From NCBI RefSeq assembly GCF_009914755.1, contig NC_060926.1: a stretch of DNA of 64,000 nucleotides. One strand, written 5' to 3'. Positions 14,604-29,105 of the stretch are shown in pieces. Position 1 is the stretch's first letter; every line of letters begins with the position of its first letter. The notes under the pieces are model-generated. The model was not told the DNA's origin and did not search any database. It saw nothing but the letters and a program-made list of their open reading frames with translations. Source of the stretch: the human T2T-CHM13v2.0 reference genome, Homo sapiens. The position numbers and the translations under genes are program-made.

Positions 14604-15123
14604 CTACCTCCAGAGACAAGTAGTATAGACTCAGAATGTCATTAACAGATCTGGACGTGAAGGAGGCATAGAAATATAGAAATAAGATAGTGTTTCAGTC
14701 TTTCGTTACTGAGTTTCCATCAGTTCTGGCTAAGTCTCAGAGAATTTCAGAATGCTGCATAATTAGAACTAATTGACAAATTTTCCGTATAAAACTCATA
14801 TAAAAATGCATTATTCCTAAAAATTGGTGAAGCCCTTCATGCCTACAAAGCACTTCCTGGTCTTCAGCCCCACAACTGGCATAGTTGATTTATACTCTTA
14901 TTCCCATTCAGTCACAAGCCCCAGCAGTTCAGGAAATAAAGACATTTGTCTCTTCCAAGAAATTATACCCTTAGAAAACAAACCCTGGAAGAAGCACTGA
15001 GATTTCAGAAGGATGAAGAAAAGTCAAGAACTCCTCCAAATGTAAAAGTGAGGAAAAGCTCAAAAGCAATGGGTACCTGCTTCTTCCTACAGTGGGTGCC
15101 ATCCCTATTCTGTCTAGAACACA

Positions 15124-15124
<1 letters not shown>

Positions 15125-15165
<41 letters not shown>
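15125..15165. repeat. (AC)20 microsatellite
   Basis: Uninterrupted AC dinucleotide run. Confidence 0.98.
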
Positions 15166-15169
<4 letters not shown>

Positions 15170-16275
15170 CTGCTCCAAGAGTTGTTTTCTGAGCTCACCT
15201 GCCTGAGTTTGCCGAATCATCTATTTAACTCACGGGGCTAAGCACATTACCTCTTGCAATATGTGCTCATTGTATGTGTAAATGAAGTTCAGGAAAGAAA
15301 TTAACTCATCATTCAGAGAACAGTTCTCCATAGTCAGTCCCCAACAGTAGATTCTGAGCCTGAGAAGACTTACTTCAGAAGTTGCTCTAGAGTTTAATAT
15401 AACTCCAGTATGTGCCATTTGCTTCTGAGACATATGGAGTGCTTTGAGCTTCCTGGTCACAATAGAAAATGCAGGAATTGTTTTCAGAGAAGCTTCTGCT
15501 TCCCATTAGATAAAGCGATTCATTATCCCCATGGACATTTCAGCGTGTGCTCAGACCTCACACCACAGGATCCTCCTGTGGGGAGTTTCCACAATTGACT
15601 TAGTGAGGGCCAGCTTTTGGGCTGTGCTAGATCCATGGTGAGACACAGCTCAGAGCATCCGAACTCCTCCCTTCCAGCTTGCAGACCCCCCGCACTGCTC
15701 TGCTGGGGAAGCCCTACTCTCCAGATCTCCAAGAGAAGGTACTTTATTCTGGCATCCTTTATCAGTCCCAAGGTTACCAGCTAGGACCTTGCATTCCTCC
15801 TACTCTTTGCAGGCTTTGAGAGACCCTCAGAAGTATATGGTTCAGGCTTCTAACCCCACTCTTGGGTCCAACAATGCTTTGGAGTACACTGGACTGTAAA
15901 TCCCAAGGCTGGTGCCCTGAGCACTATAACAAAACAGAATGACTTTAATATAAGGCAGAGTTTTATTTTTGAAAGTAAACAGGGACACACAATTGGACTC
16001 TTTCTAAAGCTTCCAATTTTCTCAAATTTTCCATTTGGATGATATGCATTAAGCCCATCCTTAGTGACCCCAGCTGGTCATTATCATTACTAACAACAAA
16101 ATATAGCAGATATTTATTTGGATAATGATGCTGACTCAGTAGTCTAGAGGGAACACGCTTATGAAGGAAGGAGCTGCAGTCAACATTGTGCAAGTGATCT
16201 GCTGCTAAGCCTGAATGGGGCAGGACTGAGGTTCTGTAAAGAAATTACACTAGCTCCATTGTAAGGTGATGGTAA

Positions 16276-16278
<3 letters not shown>

Positions 16279-16319
<41 letters not shown>
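16279..16319. repeat. (TG)20 microsatellite
   Basis: Uninterrupted TG dinucleotide run immediately after GTAAGTA. Confidence 0.98.
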
Positions 16320-16322
<3 letters not shown>

Positions 16323-16770
16323 CAGGTGCACATTTGTACTTTATCCCCTTAGAGGAAATGGAATCTTTTATTTTGTGAGGCATTCTGTTTTGCTGTTTTT
16401 CTAGCAATACATAAAGCTGTCTTATTCTAAGAAGGTCAAAGCATTTTATAGACATTACCTCAGCAGGCCATGCAAGAGTCTAGCAGAGTCCGCATGGTCA
16501 GGTATTATTGTTTCCTGAATCAATGTCCTGCTGCAACTCCTAAAAGGGCTCTTGAATGCTAACCAAAGTAGTCCCACCACTTCAAAGCTCACAGATGCTT
16601 AAATTAGACTTGAAGGTGAGGGTTCAAGGGAGGCGTTTTTCTTGGTTTCTAATTCTTGCCATCTGGTCTTAATCTGACTCCAGAGAGAAGCAAGCTGGCG
16701 GGTGACAGCTTAGAGCATGGCTAGTCTTTAGAAATGCCACCCAATCCTTTTCTGCATAATTGGTACCAGG

Positions 16771-16788
16771 ATTTGCATAGATTTGCAT
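16771..16788. promoter_or_regulatory. Tandem octamer (ATTTGCAT) motifs
   Basis: ATTTGCATAG ATTTGCATAC: two exact POU octamers starting 10 bp apart. Confidence 0.4.
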
Positions 16789-17589
16789 ACATTATGTATC
16801 TATCAGTATTCTTTTAGATCCCATTTAGAATTAAATTAATTTTGCTATATTTAAGATGTCATTCTAGGTGGCTTTTTCATTTTCTTTTTCAGATGGTTGT
16901 GCTACCTGCCTTTATTAGCCATTGCTGTATTGGGGTTTCCCAATGAAAACTGCTCTGTCAATAGCAAAGCCATTCATTTAATAAATACGTGTTGAGTAAA
17001 TGAGTGAAGCCAAGATCTTGACCTGTCCATCCCAGTTATTAATCCTGAATCAACATCTTTAAGCTTGCTTGGGCTAGAGAACAATTGAATGTCTGGCTAG
17101 ATGTGGGGAGCAGAACGAAGGCAAGGGCTACCCACAGGCTGGCCACGGAGAAGATGGACGGCATGTCTGATGCCTCAGGCTGTAGAAGTGGGGCTGTCTT
17201 GAGGCTATGGCACTTCCCCTTCTAACATGCCCCGGGTACTTTGGGCACACTCATCTGTTCCCCTGTCGTCTCCTCCTTTAGAACTGGGGTGGAAGAGAAT
17301 GGGAAAGATAATTGGGATAAAGCAAGGTTGGAATTTGCCTGCTCAGTGACAGGCCATCCTCCTGTGCTTAGAGGGCCTTGCTGATAGTAATTCATGTTGA
17401 GACACTCTGCTCTTATCTTGGACAGCACTGCTTTCTTCTCGGCTATCTGAAGCCTTCTAGAAAAGCATTAAGTTCCCTCAAACACACTCCCCACACTAAA
17501 ATGAGAGTCTTTTTTTGCTATAAGGAGGCTTTTTTTTTTTTTTTTGCCAATTCCAGTGTTGAACCTCTAAAGAATCCTGGGATTGAAGT

Positions 17590-18076
17590 TTACACAACCC
17601 TGGGGCTCTCTATCCAATGTATATAAGCACCCCTTGGCGAAGAGCTCTACCCTCACAGAGTCAGATTAAATAGGTCTGGACAGCCGTGGTGGCTCAGGCC
17701 TGTAATCCCAGCACTTTGGAAGGCTGAGGCAGGAGGATTACTTAAGGCCAGGAGTTTGAGATGAGCCTGGGCAACAAAATGAGACCCCATCTCTATGAAA
17801 AAAAAAAAAAAATTTAATTAGCTAGGTATGGTGGCATAGGCCTGTACTCCTAGGTACTTAGGAGGCTGAGATGGAAGGATCGCTTGAGCCCAGGAGTTTG
17901 AGGTTACAGTGAGCTATGATCACACCACTGCACTCCAGCCTGGGTGACAGAGCAAGGCCCTGTTTCTAAAAATTAAGTAAATAAAATAGGTCTGGAGTGG
18001 ATTCCAGGAATCCAAACCCAGGTGTTGAAAAAGCAACTGTAGATAATACTGATGGGCAGTGGAGTTGAGAACCTCT
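17590..18076. mobile_element. hAT-Charlie MITE (MER5A-like) split by an AluJ
   Basis: 'cagagtcagattaaataggtctgga[Alu]gtggattccaggaatc...tactgatgggcag...ttgagaacctct' resembles MER5A. Confidence 0.55.
17678..17983 (+). mobile_element. AluJ
   Basis: AluJ diagnostics ('ggatcgcttgagcccaggag', 'gagctatgatcacacc'); TSD AAATAGGTCTGGA at 17668-17680 and 17984-17996. Confidence 0.93.
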
Positions 18077-18410
18077 AACAACTCATTTACCAGTGAAGGG
18101 AATTTGGTTCAGAGAGATGTAATTTAGTAGAAAGCCAAGCCCTAGAACCAGATTTCTCCCCGGTTTCCAATACACCCACACCATTTCTTTTTCCCCACAA
18201 AAGTTCTTGTCAAATATTTCAAGAAACAGAAGAATAAAAGTGATTTGCTGAGGGTTGAGATTGGGGGAAATAAGGTATCTGTATTTAAGGCAGTGGCACC
18301 TGGAGTAAGGTAGAGAATAGACTCTTATGAGGGCAAGAATATGGTCTTCCCAAGCTTTGCTTTTACAGAAACGGAAACTAGCAGTTCCCAGAAGCCTGCT
18401 AAAGAATAAA

Positions 18411-18702
18411 AACCAGGCGTGGTGGCTCATGCCTGTAACCAAAGCACTTTGGGAGGCCAAGGCGGGCATATCACCTCAGGTCAGGAGTTTGAGACCAGCC
18501 TGGCAAACATGGTGAAACCCCATCTCTACCAAAAAATACAAAATTAGCCGAGTGTGGTAGCGTGCACCTATAGTCCCAGCTACCGGGAGGCTGAGGCAGG
18601 AGAATCACTTGAACCCGGCAGTTGGGGGTTTCAGTGAGCCAAGATTGTGTCACTGGGTGATAGAGTGAGACCTCGTCTCAAAATAATAATAATAATAATA
18701 AA
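18411..18702 (+). mobile_element. Alu (AluS)
   Basis: Alu dimer with an (AAT)n tail. Confidence 0.93.
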
Positions 18703-19479
18703 GTCCATCGAGTTACACAGGGCCCCACTTAACAGCCCTCGCCACTGATCCAACTTAACGTTGGCTTCTCAGCTCAGGTTTCCGATAAGGTCAGAGGTGG
18801 TTTCCTGGGATAAGAAATGGAAGCTCCTTATTCTTAATCTTCCAAAGAATCCAAAGGGTTCTTCAGAAACACTTTGCCAAGGGTCAGGGACCCTGAGTTC
18901 AAAAGCTATCAGGGATTGATATTCAGCCGAATCGCTCTTTGGCCCTCCTTAAGGCACCTTCTGGAATTCCTAGGCCATATTTTGCTTTGCAGCAAAAGAG
19001 CATTAGAGGCTTAATCTAAGACTCAGGAAAGTTCTCAAAACTCAAGAAATTGTGAAAACATAAGACCTCAGTGGTTAAGAGAGTCCTCATGGTTGCCCTT
19101 AACTCTCTGTAGTCCCCAGACTGAACTCTATACCAAAAATACAGTTTCAAAGTCTACGCAAAACAGGAAGGTGCATTTGATCTAAAGGTAACCGAGGAGT
19201 CCTGACTGCATCAAGCCCAGGAGCTCTGCCCCACACTAAGATAAATGATATGTGAACTACACAAATACTGTTTGGCTTCTTTACACCACGCAACACATGG
19301 ACTTTTGTGTGCTTCCCAACCTACTTCCCAGAACTTACGTAGTGAGAACTTATCTATTTTGCAGACGATGCCGTGCATACGTTGTCTCATCTAATCCTCA
19401 CAGAAATCTCATAAGGTAGGTGTCACCATCCTTTACAGATGAAAGAAACTCCCCCAGATCACTTAGAAAGCAGCAGGGC

Positions 19480-19772
<293 letters not shown>

Positions 19773-20659
19773 AGAAACCAGCAGGGCCAGGATTTGAGCT
19801 CATGTCTGTCCAGCTCCAAAGGATATGCTCTTTTCACTACATAGGCAACCTCTCCTGAAAAAGCAAGAGAAGAGTTGGGTGACTCAAACACGCTTGCTCT
19901 CCCCTGCTATAGAATGACTCTGCCCTTTGCCTGGTGTTTGGAAGTCCAAGTTGAGCCTCATATCTGTGAGGATCCCCCTCTCACCATGAGGAGAAAGCAA
20001 TGTGCATTCCCCCCTTCTCCGCAGAGCTTTCCTGGGCCCTAGGGCTAGAGACAGCTCTGCTGAAGCAGCTTAAATATGTACATTTCCAGGAAGAATATTC
20101 TTTAGTTAAAACCTGCTGTTTTGAATTTCTACAGCTATGGCTTTGCCTAACTTCCTGCAGCAGATGGATTTACAAAATTCTCTTGCAGAGCATGGGAGCT
20201 GGGAGCAGAGCTGCCTCCTGAAGATGGCTGAGCCTGGTTTTGTTGTTTTGTTTTTTGGTTTGTTGTTTTTCTGATTATGAGATACAAAACCACAGTGAAA
20301 CATTTAGTTGTCTTCCAAATAGCCATCTTGGCACAGATTTGAAACATTAGCACGATCATGTGTCTTTAGTGTCAGAGAAGGAGTCATTTAACTTTTCAAA
20401 GAGAGATTTCTACTTAATACCAGCTCGCACAGCAACGGAAGCCAAAAGGGACTTGTTTTCTACTGATTTTCTTCTAAGCAATTCAAAATTTGACACACTA
20501 GCAGAGGGCTTTGAATGGGAGAAGACATGCTCCACAGTGTGGTGAATAAGTAAGTGGCTACAAGTCATCCCTATAGATGAGGGCAGGTGATCTGGCCATT
20601 CTAAAGTTGAGAACACAGAGGCTGTGCCTAGGGGAACGACACTGGCCTGTCAACACCCT

Positions 20660-20830
20660 TGGCACTACTGTGCTGAGCAATTTACATGCACAAGCTCAGT
20701 TGGTCTTCATAACAATCCTGTAAGGCAAAATAGTATTTTTGTGACAAATGAAGAGCTGATGTTGAATGAGGTCGAGCAATTTACCCCCATTCTCACAGCC
20801 AGAAAGAAGTGGACCTATGCAGACTTTCCT
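20660..20830 (-). mobile_element. MIR SINE
   Basis: 'ggcactactgtgctgagcaatttacatgcac...tcttcataacaatcctgtaagg...tgacaaatgaagagctga'. Confidence 0.65.
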
Positions 20831-22187
20831 ATTCAGCCCATCACTTCTTTTCATCTCACGGGTGTGTGTCACTGAACCCATCGTGAATGGAATTTTGCTT
20901 TCTGGGCTCACTGTCAGATGAACTGCCTTGCAGATCCAGCAAGAGGTTCTCCGAGAAGAGTGAGGTAACTCCGGAGGGGCTGAGTCCTGACCTGAATCCT
21001 AGCTGACTCCAGAGTCTTTTCTGAGCACAAAAGTCCAAGACATAGCGGCAAAATCTCTCAGCACTGTACTGGCTCATGTTCTCCCCAGCCACTCTAAGGC
21101 AACCAGAAGAGGAGGTGGAGATGCCCCTGAAGCCCAGGGCTTTTTATTTACCCCAAACTCTCCTGAAAGACAAATATGTGCTCATCAGCTCCCAGCCTCT
21201 CAGGGCTTCCTGTTTTCTTAGGTGCTCTATCACATCTGCTGCTTCACTGCCTTGGGTTAAGTTCACATCCACTGAAGAACAAAGCTGAAGAATTAGGGGT
21301 GAGACCCCAGCACTTTTCTTTTTTCTTTCAATCTAAAGCAATTCATAGATAAGCCTCTTTCCCAGCCTGTTTACAAAGAGCTATCCTAAATCTCATTGTT
21401 GTATACAAACTCCAGTGTGGGGCTTATCCTCACTCATAGGGCACAGAAGTCTCAATGGAATATCATAAACCATTATTTAGAATAAAAAATTATGACCAAA
21501 ATGTAACATTTCCACAGGCATCACCAACCCCTGTAATTTTTACCATATTCCATATTTGATTTATCGCCAAAGAGAAACGTGCCCTGAGATCAATCTAAGG
21601 CAAAAGGGGGTGGTTTAGTACTCCTTTTCTGATGCTTAGAAGAGCTATTTTTATCATTAATTCAAAGATTTAGAGTAAGGTGGTTCTTGATGAAATTCCT
21701 TGTGGGGACCTTAATCTTAAGTCTCCTAGAATCCATCCTTTGCTGTACTACTTTTCTGGTCTTTTTGTGCCAAAATAAGCATTTTTCCTAGACTAAGCTC
21801 TTTTCAGTTTTGCTAGTAAAAATCACTGCAGTATACAATGTTATATTGAATATTAATATTGGCATCAGAATTTTCAGAGCATTAAAAAATGCCTGTATGA
21901 CTGGTACTTCTTATTGAAAACTCATTTAGAATATTTCCCTTGACTTTCTAATTGTTCATTTGAAAATGAGGGAGGTAGATTAGATTATATATGTAGCTCC
22001 TTCCAAGTCAGATAATTTCTGAATCTATGAAGGTCTAGAATATTTCTCCAGAATCCCTCAGTAGACTCTCTTAGAAGTTAGTTTTTTAAAATAATTTAGG
22101 ATAAATATTTTCATCATCCCAACATACTCCAAATAAAATTCATATTATTTTTGCTAAAATATTAAGCTGGGTTTGTTGAAACGTATT

Positions 22188-22980
<793 letters not shown>

Positions 22981-23740
22981 ATTTCCTTTTTCCTTTCTTT
23001 CATTTTCTATAAATGCATCTACTTAGCTAAAAAGTCAAATACTCAAATGTAGATTATTTTGTCTATACAAGTTTTGCCATTTAAAACTTTTTGCCATTTA
23101 AATTATTTTCTTTATGTGCATTATGGCTTCAGAACGGCAACTCAGGGAAAAGCAGCTTACACCCATACACGTACATGCTTATCTCTTCCTGCTGAAACCA
23201 AGACCCCTCTGATTAGTGAAGACTGTTACTTGGGGAATGACTGAGCAGTACATGAGTTTAGGAGTTCCTCCTTTTTGTGTTAAGCATGGTTTGGCTTAAC
23301 TCCAAACCAGGCATGGGAAGTCTTAGTCACACTAGGCCACTGAGTTTGTATTTGCAAGGAAATCTCTGGTTTGCTTTCTGTGTCACCTAGCACACATCTC
23401 CAAAGATTTTACTTGTATCACTTTGAACCCTAGAACAAATATTTTGACATCACACAGTATACACAGCAGAATCCCACAGCTTACAATGCAATAATGCACT
23501 TACTTTCAGCAAAGCAAGGAGGAAAAGGAGGGAGAGGGAGCTGGTTAAAACTAGAAGTTTCTACAAGTTAGCTTGCTTAATCAGTAGGAGGTGGGTTTAT
23601 TTGTTTTGTTCTCTTTTAGTGGTTACTTTCTATTAATGAAGACTGTGTGTACTTGTGTTTGGGGTAAGCTTAGTCATTGACATAGGGACAGGGCTGGAAA
23701 ACCTAAGTTAAGCTTAGCAAGTTAACACCATAGAGGATAA

Positions 23741-24161
23741 CAACAAAGACTGTCTCTGTAAACAAACTTTAGACCAGGTTCTTTGTGCCCTCTTCTCAAA
23801 TAGGCCTCATCTTTGGGCCTTGTCTTTGGCCTGCCTAGTCCAGTTTTAGCAAGAATTCTGCTAAGTCAGTCTAGCAAAAATCCCCTATCCTTGATATCTA
23901 ATCACCCTGGCCTGCCTTCAGCAAGAATTCTGTTAGTCTCTTTAGAAGAATTTCCCTATCTTCGTTGTCTCCTCTTAGTAATTTTCCATTCACGGACCCC
24001 CTCACTCTGTTCATTGGATATAAATGCCCCACGGCTTTGCTATATTCAGAGTTGAACCCAATGTCTCTCCCCTACTGCAATAGTCTTGATACCTATTGCA
24101 ATAGTCCTGAATAAAATCTTCCTTACTGTTTTAACAACTGTCAGAATTTTTTTTTTTAACA
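23741..24161 (+). mobile_element. ERV1 solo LTR (MER31-like)
   Basis: 'caaagactgtctctgtaaacaaactttagaccagg...gccctcttctc', duplicated 'agcaagaattctg', TATA-like 'gatataaa', AATAAA near 24110, ends 'ttaaca'. Confidence 0.75.
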
Positions 24162-25444
24162 AGGGTCAGGCTGTTATTTGTTATGTGTGTTGTAAAACAA
24201 AGCATTTACAATCTTCTCCAAGTTTTATAGCTCAGTTTTAGCCATGGGTATTAAAATATGATCTCCTGCCTGGGACCTGAAGGCTCCAAAGCCCTTATTG
24301 CAATTGTGCTTAATACATCCCTCTAACCCATCCCCGTTTCTACCCTTCTGGGACAAGAAAAGCTGTGCCTTACTTAAAACTGCTGTGAGCATGAAAACAT
24401 TCCACTGGATGGGGCTGGAGGCACAGGGTGAGGGGCAGCAGCTCTACTTTGAGCCGTAAAGTGCTAAGTGGGAGTTTCGTTTGCCAAGAAGGGGCCTTCC
24501 TGCACAAGGTGGAAGGTGGTGTTGGTGAATGAATAATTGCCAGGGAAGTATCACCAGACACCAGGATAAGATTTTATGGGTCATTGGGAGGAGAAAGCAG
24601 CTAACAGCATCCTTGTTGAGTCTTTAGAGGCACAGAGTAGAAGCCCGAGGGAGAGTAAACAGCAAAAATAGTTAAGGAAAAAATAAGCTACAAATAGTAA
24701 GGAGGGGAAGTGGGAGCACTGAGCATCAGGGAAATTTCTGGCAGAACTCTAGCAAATGCCTGCACAAAATCACACCAACCTGATGATGCTGTCATTCCTG
24801 ATCATTTCCTCCAGCCAAGGGGTTGCTCTCCAAACTTACGGAAGAGAGAACCTGAAGGCAGTGACCTACCTATTCACCAGCTTATACATCAGCATGAGTT
24901 AGTTATTCCAGCTTATTTTATGAGCTGTTATTCAAGCATTTGAGTATCACCAATGGTGAGGTATTGGGTGATTTATTGCAGAATATTATTCCTCTGTCAC
25001 TAAGTGTAATGAGATCATTTGCAAATTTTATTTTTTCTCTGCCTTCTAAATGCATGCAATTGTTAGACCACATATTTGACAGCTGATATGATCCACAAAA
25101 CAAAGGCAGATTCCCTCTATTCATCGTATAACTTAAAGAGAAAGCTTCTTCCCTACCAGTTTCCTAGAGCACTATCAACCTTGCTAACATCTTTGCATCC
25201 ACTTCCTTGGCTTAAAACAGCATTGAAAGTTGCTTTTGAGTTTCTTAATGCACTGAAGATGCGATTCCTAAAGAACCTGAGAACTATGGACTCTGATGAA
25301 GATGCATGTTGGGAGATGTGAGACAATAAGCAGATCAATGCCATTCCATCAGTCTCTTCTTCCCACTGTTCTCTGCAAGTATCTATTGAGCAGAGCATTG
25401 AAGTTTATAGCGCTGTCAATGCCATGCAGGGAAGCCCATTGGGC

Positions 25445-25952
25445 TGGGTGTTTTGTATTTGTACTGTAGATCTACTCTCCACTTTGCCCCTTTCTGTTCC
25501 CTGGGAGGCTGCGCTCTGTGGACCATATCACTCCAGCTCACTTGTCCTCTGGCTTTTATTAAGTTTAGCCAATGAGAGTCATTGGCAGGAGATCACAGAG
25601 TGAGAGGAGTGAACACCTCTGAAAGCAAATTTCTTCCCACTCTAGCCTCCTCCCACTCCCTCTCCCTCTCTCCCAGGCTCTATTATACAGTGACTGTAAT
25701 CCTGGCACTAGGCCACTTCTCCTATCGGGTGGAATCTCTCTTGCCAGAGAACTACAGGTTGTACTAATTTCTGGTAACCACTCTCTGCCTTCCTTCAGAC
25801 CATGCAGGGAGTGATGCCACTTCCTGCTGTGCTGTTCCCTGTCACCATCCTTTGGTGGTTTGCTTTAACGTTACTCACACATTTTTTAAACTATCCTCTA
25901 TAGTTGACCTTTTGAGTGGGCCATGTCTTCCCTACTGGGACCTTAACCACAA
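25445..25952 (+). mobile_element. ERVL solo LTR (LTR33-like)
   Basis: 'agatctactctccac...ccctgggaggctg...gtcctctggctt...gccaatgagag...ggcaggagatc...tttgagtgggccatgtcttccctactgggacc'. Confidence 0.65.
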
Positions 25953-26724
25953 CCTCTTCATTCATTGTCAGGATTTTATATCTACGTCAACTTTCCAAAA
26001 CACAGCTAAAATCTAAAATGTTGTTTTTCACATTTAAGAGCATTTTTAGATTGCAAAGAAGTAGCTATAGATTCCATTCCCAGCAACATGAGGACCCCTG
26101 AGGACTCATTTTCCAGTGAAATGATCGTAACTGATAAAAATCATTTTTAAAAAATTAAAGTTCCCAGAAATTGTTCTAAGGGTATACAGAAAATAAATCT
26201 ATTCAAGAAAATCTACTAAATCTTGGTAAGAATAGTGAGGTTGTGGCACTTGAGCCATGACACACTAGCTTCCTCCCCACTCCAGCTCAATTTGAGGAAG
26301 GTTTCACTCTGAGTGGGACTGGTCAAAAGGTGAGGCTCCCTTTCCCTCTACTCGCTTGTTAAGGGATATGCAATCTCGCAGGAAAGGGCAGGACACCAGT
26401 GTTTCTCATCCTCTCCAATTCCAGGTTGGAAAGGCTAAATTCCTGGTAAGTATGGCCCAGCTGTTGGGAGCTCCTTTCTACCACCCACAACCCCACACAT
26501 AGAGCGGTGGCTCTACAGCAGATGTGGCAGGCCAGGAACACTAGGGCCCCAATTATCACCCTCCAGCTCACTCACAGGACTGAGGCTCCACACAGAAGAA
26601 GCAAAATAAGAAGACCAGAGGCTACTACCCCATGCCAAGCACCCAAAGCTTGGTTTTTATTCAGAGGAAGAAGCAAATCATAAAAAAGAGGGCTCTGAAG
26701 CTCTCCCAAAAAGAAATTACTTTA

Positions 26725-27003
26725 GGGTGGGTACAGTGGCTCATACCTGCAATCCCAGCACTTTGGGAGGCCGAGGCAGGTGGATCACGAGGTCAGGAGA
26801 TTGAGACCATCCTGGCTAACATGGTGAAACCCCGTCTCTACCAAAAATACAAAAATTTAGCTGGGCGTGGTAGCACACACCTGTAGTCCCAGCTACTCAG
26901 GAGGCTGAGGCAGGAGAATCGCTTGAACCCGGGAGGCGGAGCTTGCGGTGAGCGGAGATCGCGCCACTGCCCTCCAGCCTGGGTGACAGAGTGAAAAAAA
27001 AAA
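26725..27003 (+). mobile_element. Alu (AluY-like)
   Basis: 'gatcacgaggtcaggagattgagaccatcctggctaac...gcggagcttgc'; short A tail. Confidence 0.93.
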
Positions 27004-27843
27004 TACTTTATTATAAATAGAGTGTGGGGAAGTTCAAGCCTAAGGACACTCTCAAAAACAATGGACATTTTGATGGTAAATAATTAAAAGGAGGCTGGTA
27101 GCTCTGTAAGAGTAACAAGCTAAATCATAGGCTAGCTAATTTAAGAGAGAAAATCAGGGAAAGAAACAGCTAAGAAGAGTACTCTTGGCAACAGAACAAA
27201 CCTCAAAGACTGGCCTCAAAAATTATTCCTGCTTGAATTTAATCGGGTCAGGCTGTGGAACGAATTATGCCCCAGGAACTGTCAAAACAATAGAGCAATC
27301 TGCTAGAAATTGGTGAAGTCTAACAGCTTAGTGTGATACCAAATAAGGCAGACAGCTTAATGGAGAGCTTAGGGAAAGAGAAAGTCAAAAGTAAAATGGC
27401 AGACATAAATCCAATTACAGCCATAATAACATTAGATTCAATATGAACTGATTAAATGATCAAATCAAATAGGCAGAGATTGTCAAACTGGATTTTTAAA
27501 AAAGATCCAACTATATGTTGTCTACAGGAGACATACTTTAGATTAAAATTTTCAAATATGTTAAAAGTAAAAAGATATAAATATATATATGTCATGCAAA
27601 CAGCAACCATAAGAAAGCTGGAATGTCCATACTAATACAGACAAAAAAGACTTTAAACCAAAAAAGTTATGATACATAATGAAGAACATCTTATGATGAT
27701 TAAAATATCAATTCATCTGGAAGATATTACAATTATAGACATATATATCTCTAAAAAAAAGAACCGCAAAATACAAAAAGCAATTGACAGAATTGAAAGG
27801 AAAAATAGACAGGTCTACAATGAGAGTTGAAGACTTCGATATA

Positions 27844-28958
27844 CTAGTCTCCCCTTAGCCATGGGGGATACGTTCTAAGACCCCCAGTAGATGACTGAAA
27901 CCATGAATACAATATTAAACGCTAAATACACTATGTTTTTTTCCTATATACATAACTATGATGAAGTTTAATTTATAAATTAGGCCTGGTAAGAGATTAA
28001 CAATGATTAATAATAAAATAGAACAATTATAGCAATCAGAACACGTTTTCTTGTCATGTCTTCTACCCACAATTTAATGCCTTTCCCATCTTAACTGAGC
28101 ACATATTATGCAGTTTTGCAGTTTGAGGAGCAGCAGCAAAACTAGCACATATTTCTTTTTCCTTCTTCACAATTTTGTGGATAGAAGATGCATGCTTAAC
28201 ACAGATGTTAGCAAACTCAGTATATTATTATCATTATTATTATTATTTTTGAGACGGAGTCTCGCACTGTCGCCCAGGCTGGAGTGCAGTGGCGTGATCT
28301 CGGCTCACTGCAACCTCTGCCTCCTGGGTTCAAGTGATTCTCCTGCCTCAGTCTCCTGAGTAGCTGGGATTACAGGTGCCCACCACCATGTCTGGCTAAT
28401 TTTTTGTATTTTTAGTAGAGACGGGGTTTCACTATTTTGGCCAGGCTGGTCTCAAACTCCTGAATTTGTGATCCACCTGCTTCGGCCTCCCAAAGTGCTA
28501 GGATTACAGGCTTGAGTCACTGTGCCTGGCCAATGTATGATTTATTTTTCTTTATTAAGTTGGGAACTTTCACCTTTTCACTTAAATAAAAGCACTTTAT
28601 GGCTTCTCTTTGGCATATCCAAACTGCCAGCATCACTACTCTTGCACTGTGAAACTATCATTAAGTGAAATAAAATAAGGGTCACTTGAACACAGGCACC
28701 GCAGCACAAAAACAGTTGATCTGATGGCCAAGACAGCTGCTAAGTGACTAACAGTCAGGTAGCATATAGGCAAGGGAATGATTCACATCCCAGGCAGGAC
28801 ATAGTGAGCACAAGGTTTCACCATCTACTCAGAACAGTACACAATTTAAAACTTATGAATTGTTTATTTCTGGAATTTTCCATGTGATATTTTCAGACCA
28901 TGTTTGACCTCATGTATTAAGATCCTGGAAAGGAAAACCATGGATAGGAGGACTACTG
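27844..28958 (+). mobile_element. TcMar-Tigger DNA transposon (MER44/Tigger7-derived) inside the L1
   Basis: TIRs 'ctagtctccccttagccatggggg' and 'ccatggataggaggactactg', each flanked by TA (27842-27843, 28959-28960). Confidence 0.85.
28222..28531 (-). mobile_element. Alu (AluS) inside MER44
   Basis: Reverse Alu dimer with a (TTA)n tail. Confidence 0.95.
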
Positions 28959-29105
28959 TACTAGATAGATAATAAATAAGAAAATAGAGGACCTGAATGC
29001 ACTCTAAACCAACTAGATCTGACAGACACTTATAAAAAAGTTCATCCCAAAACCACAAAATACACTTATTGTCAAGTGCACAGGGGACATTCTCTAGGAT
29101 AGACT

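Noticed and set aside
14946-15220. ORFs with HTHT/CVCV runs (also 16180-16455)
   Set aside because: Artefacts of dinucleotide microsatellites.
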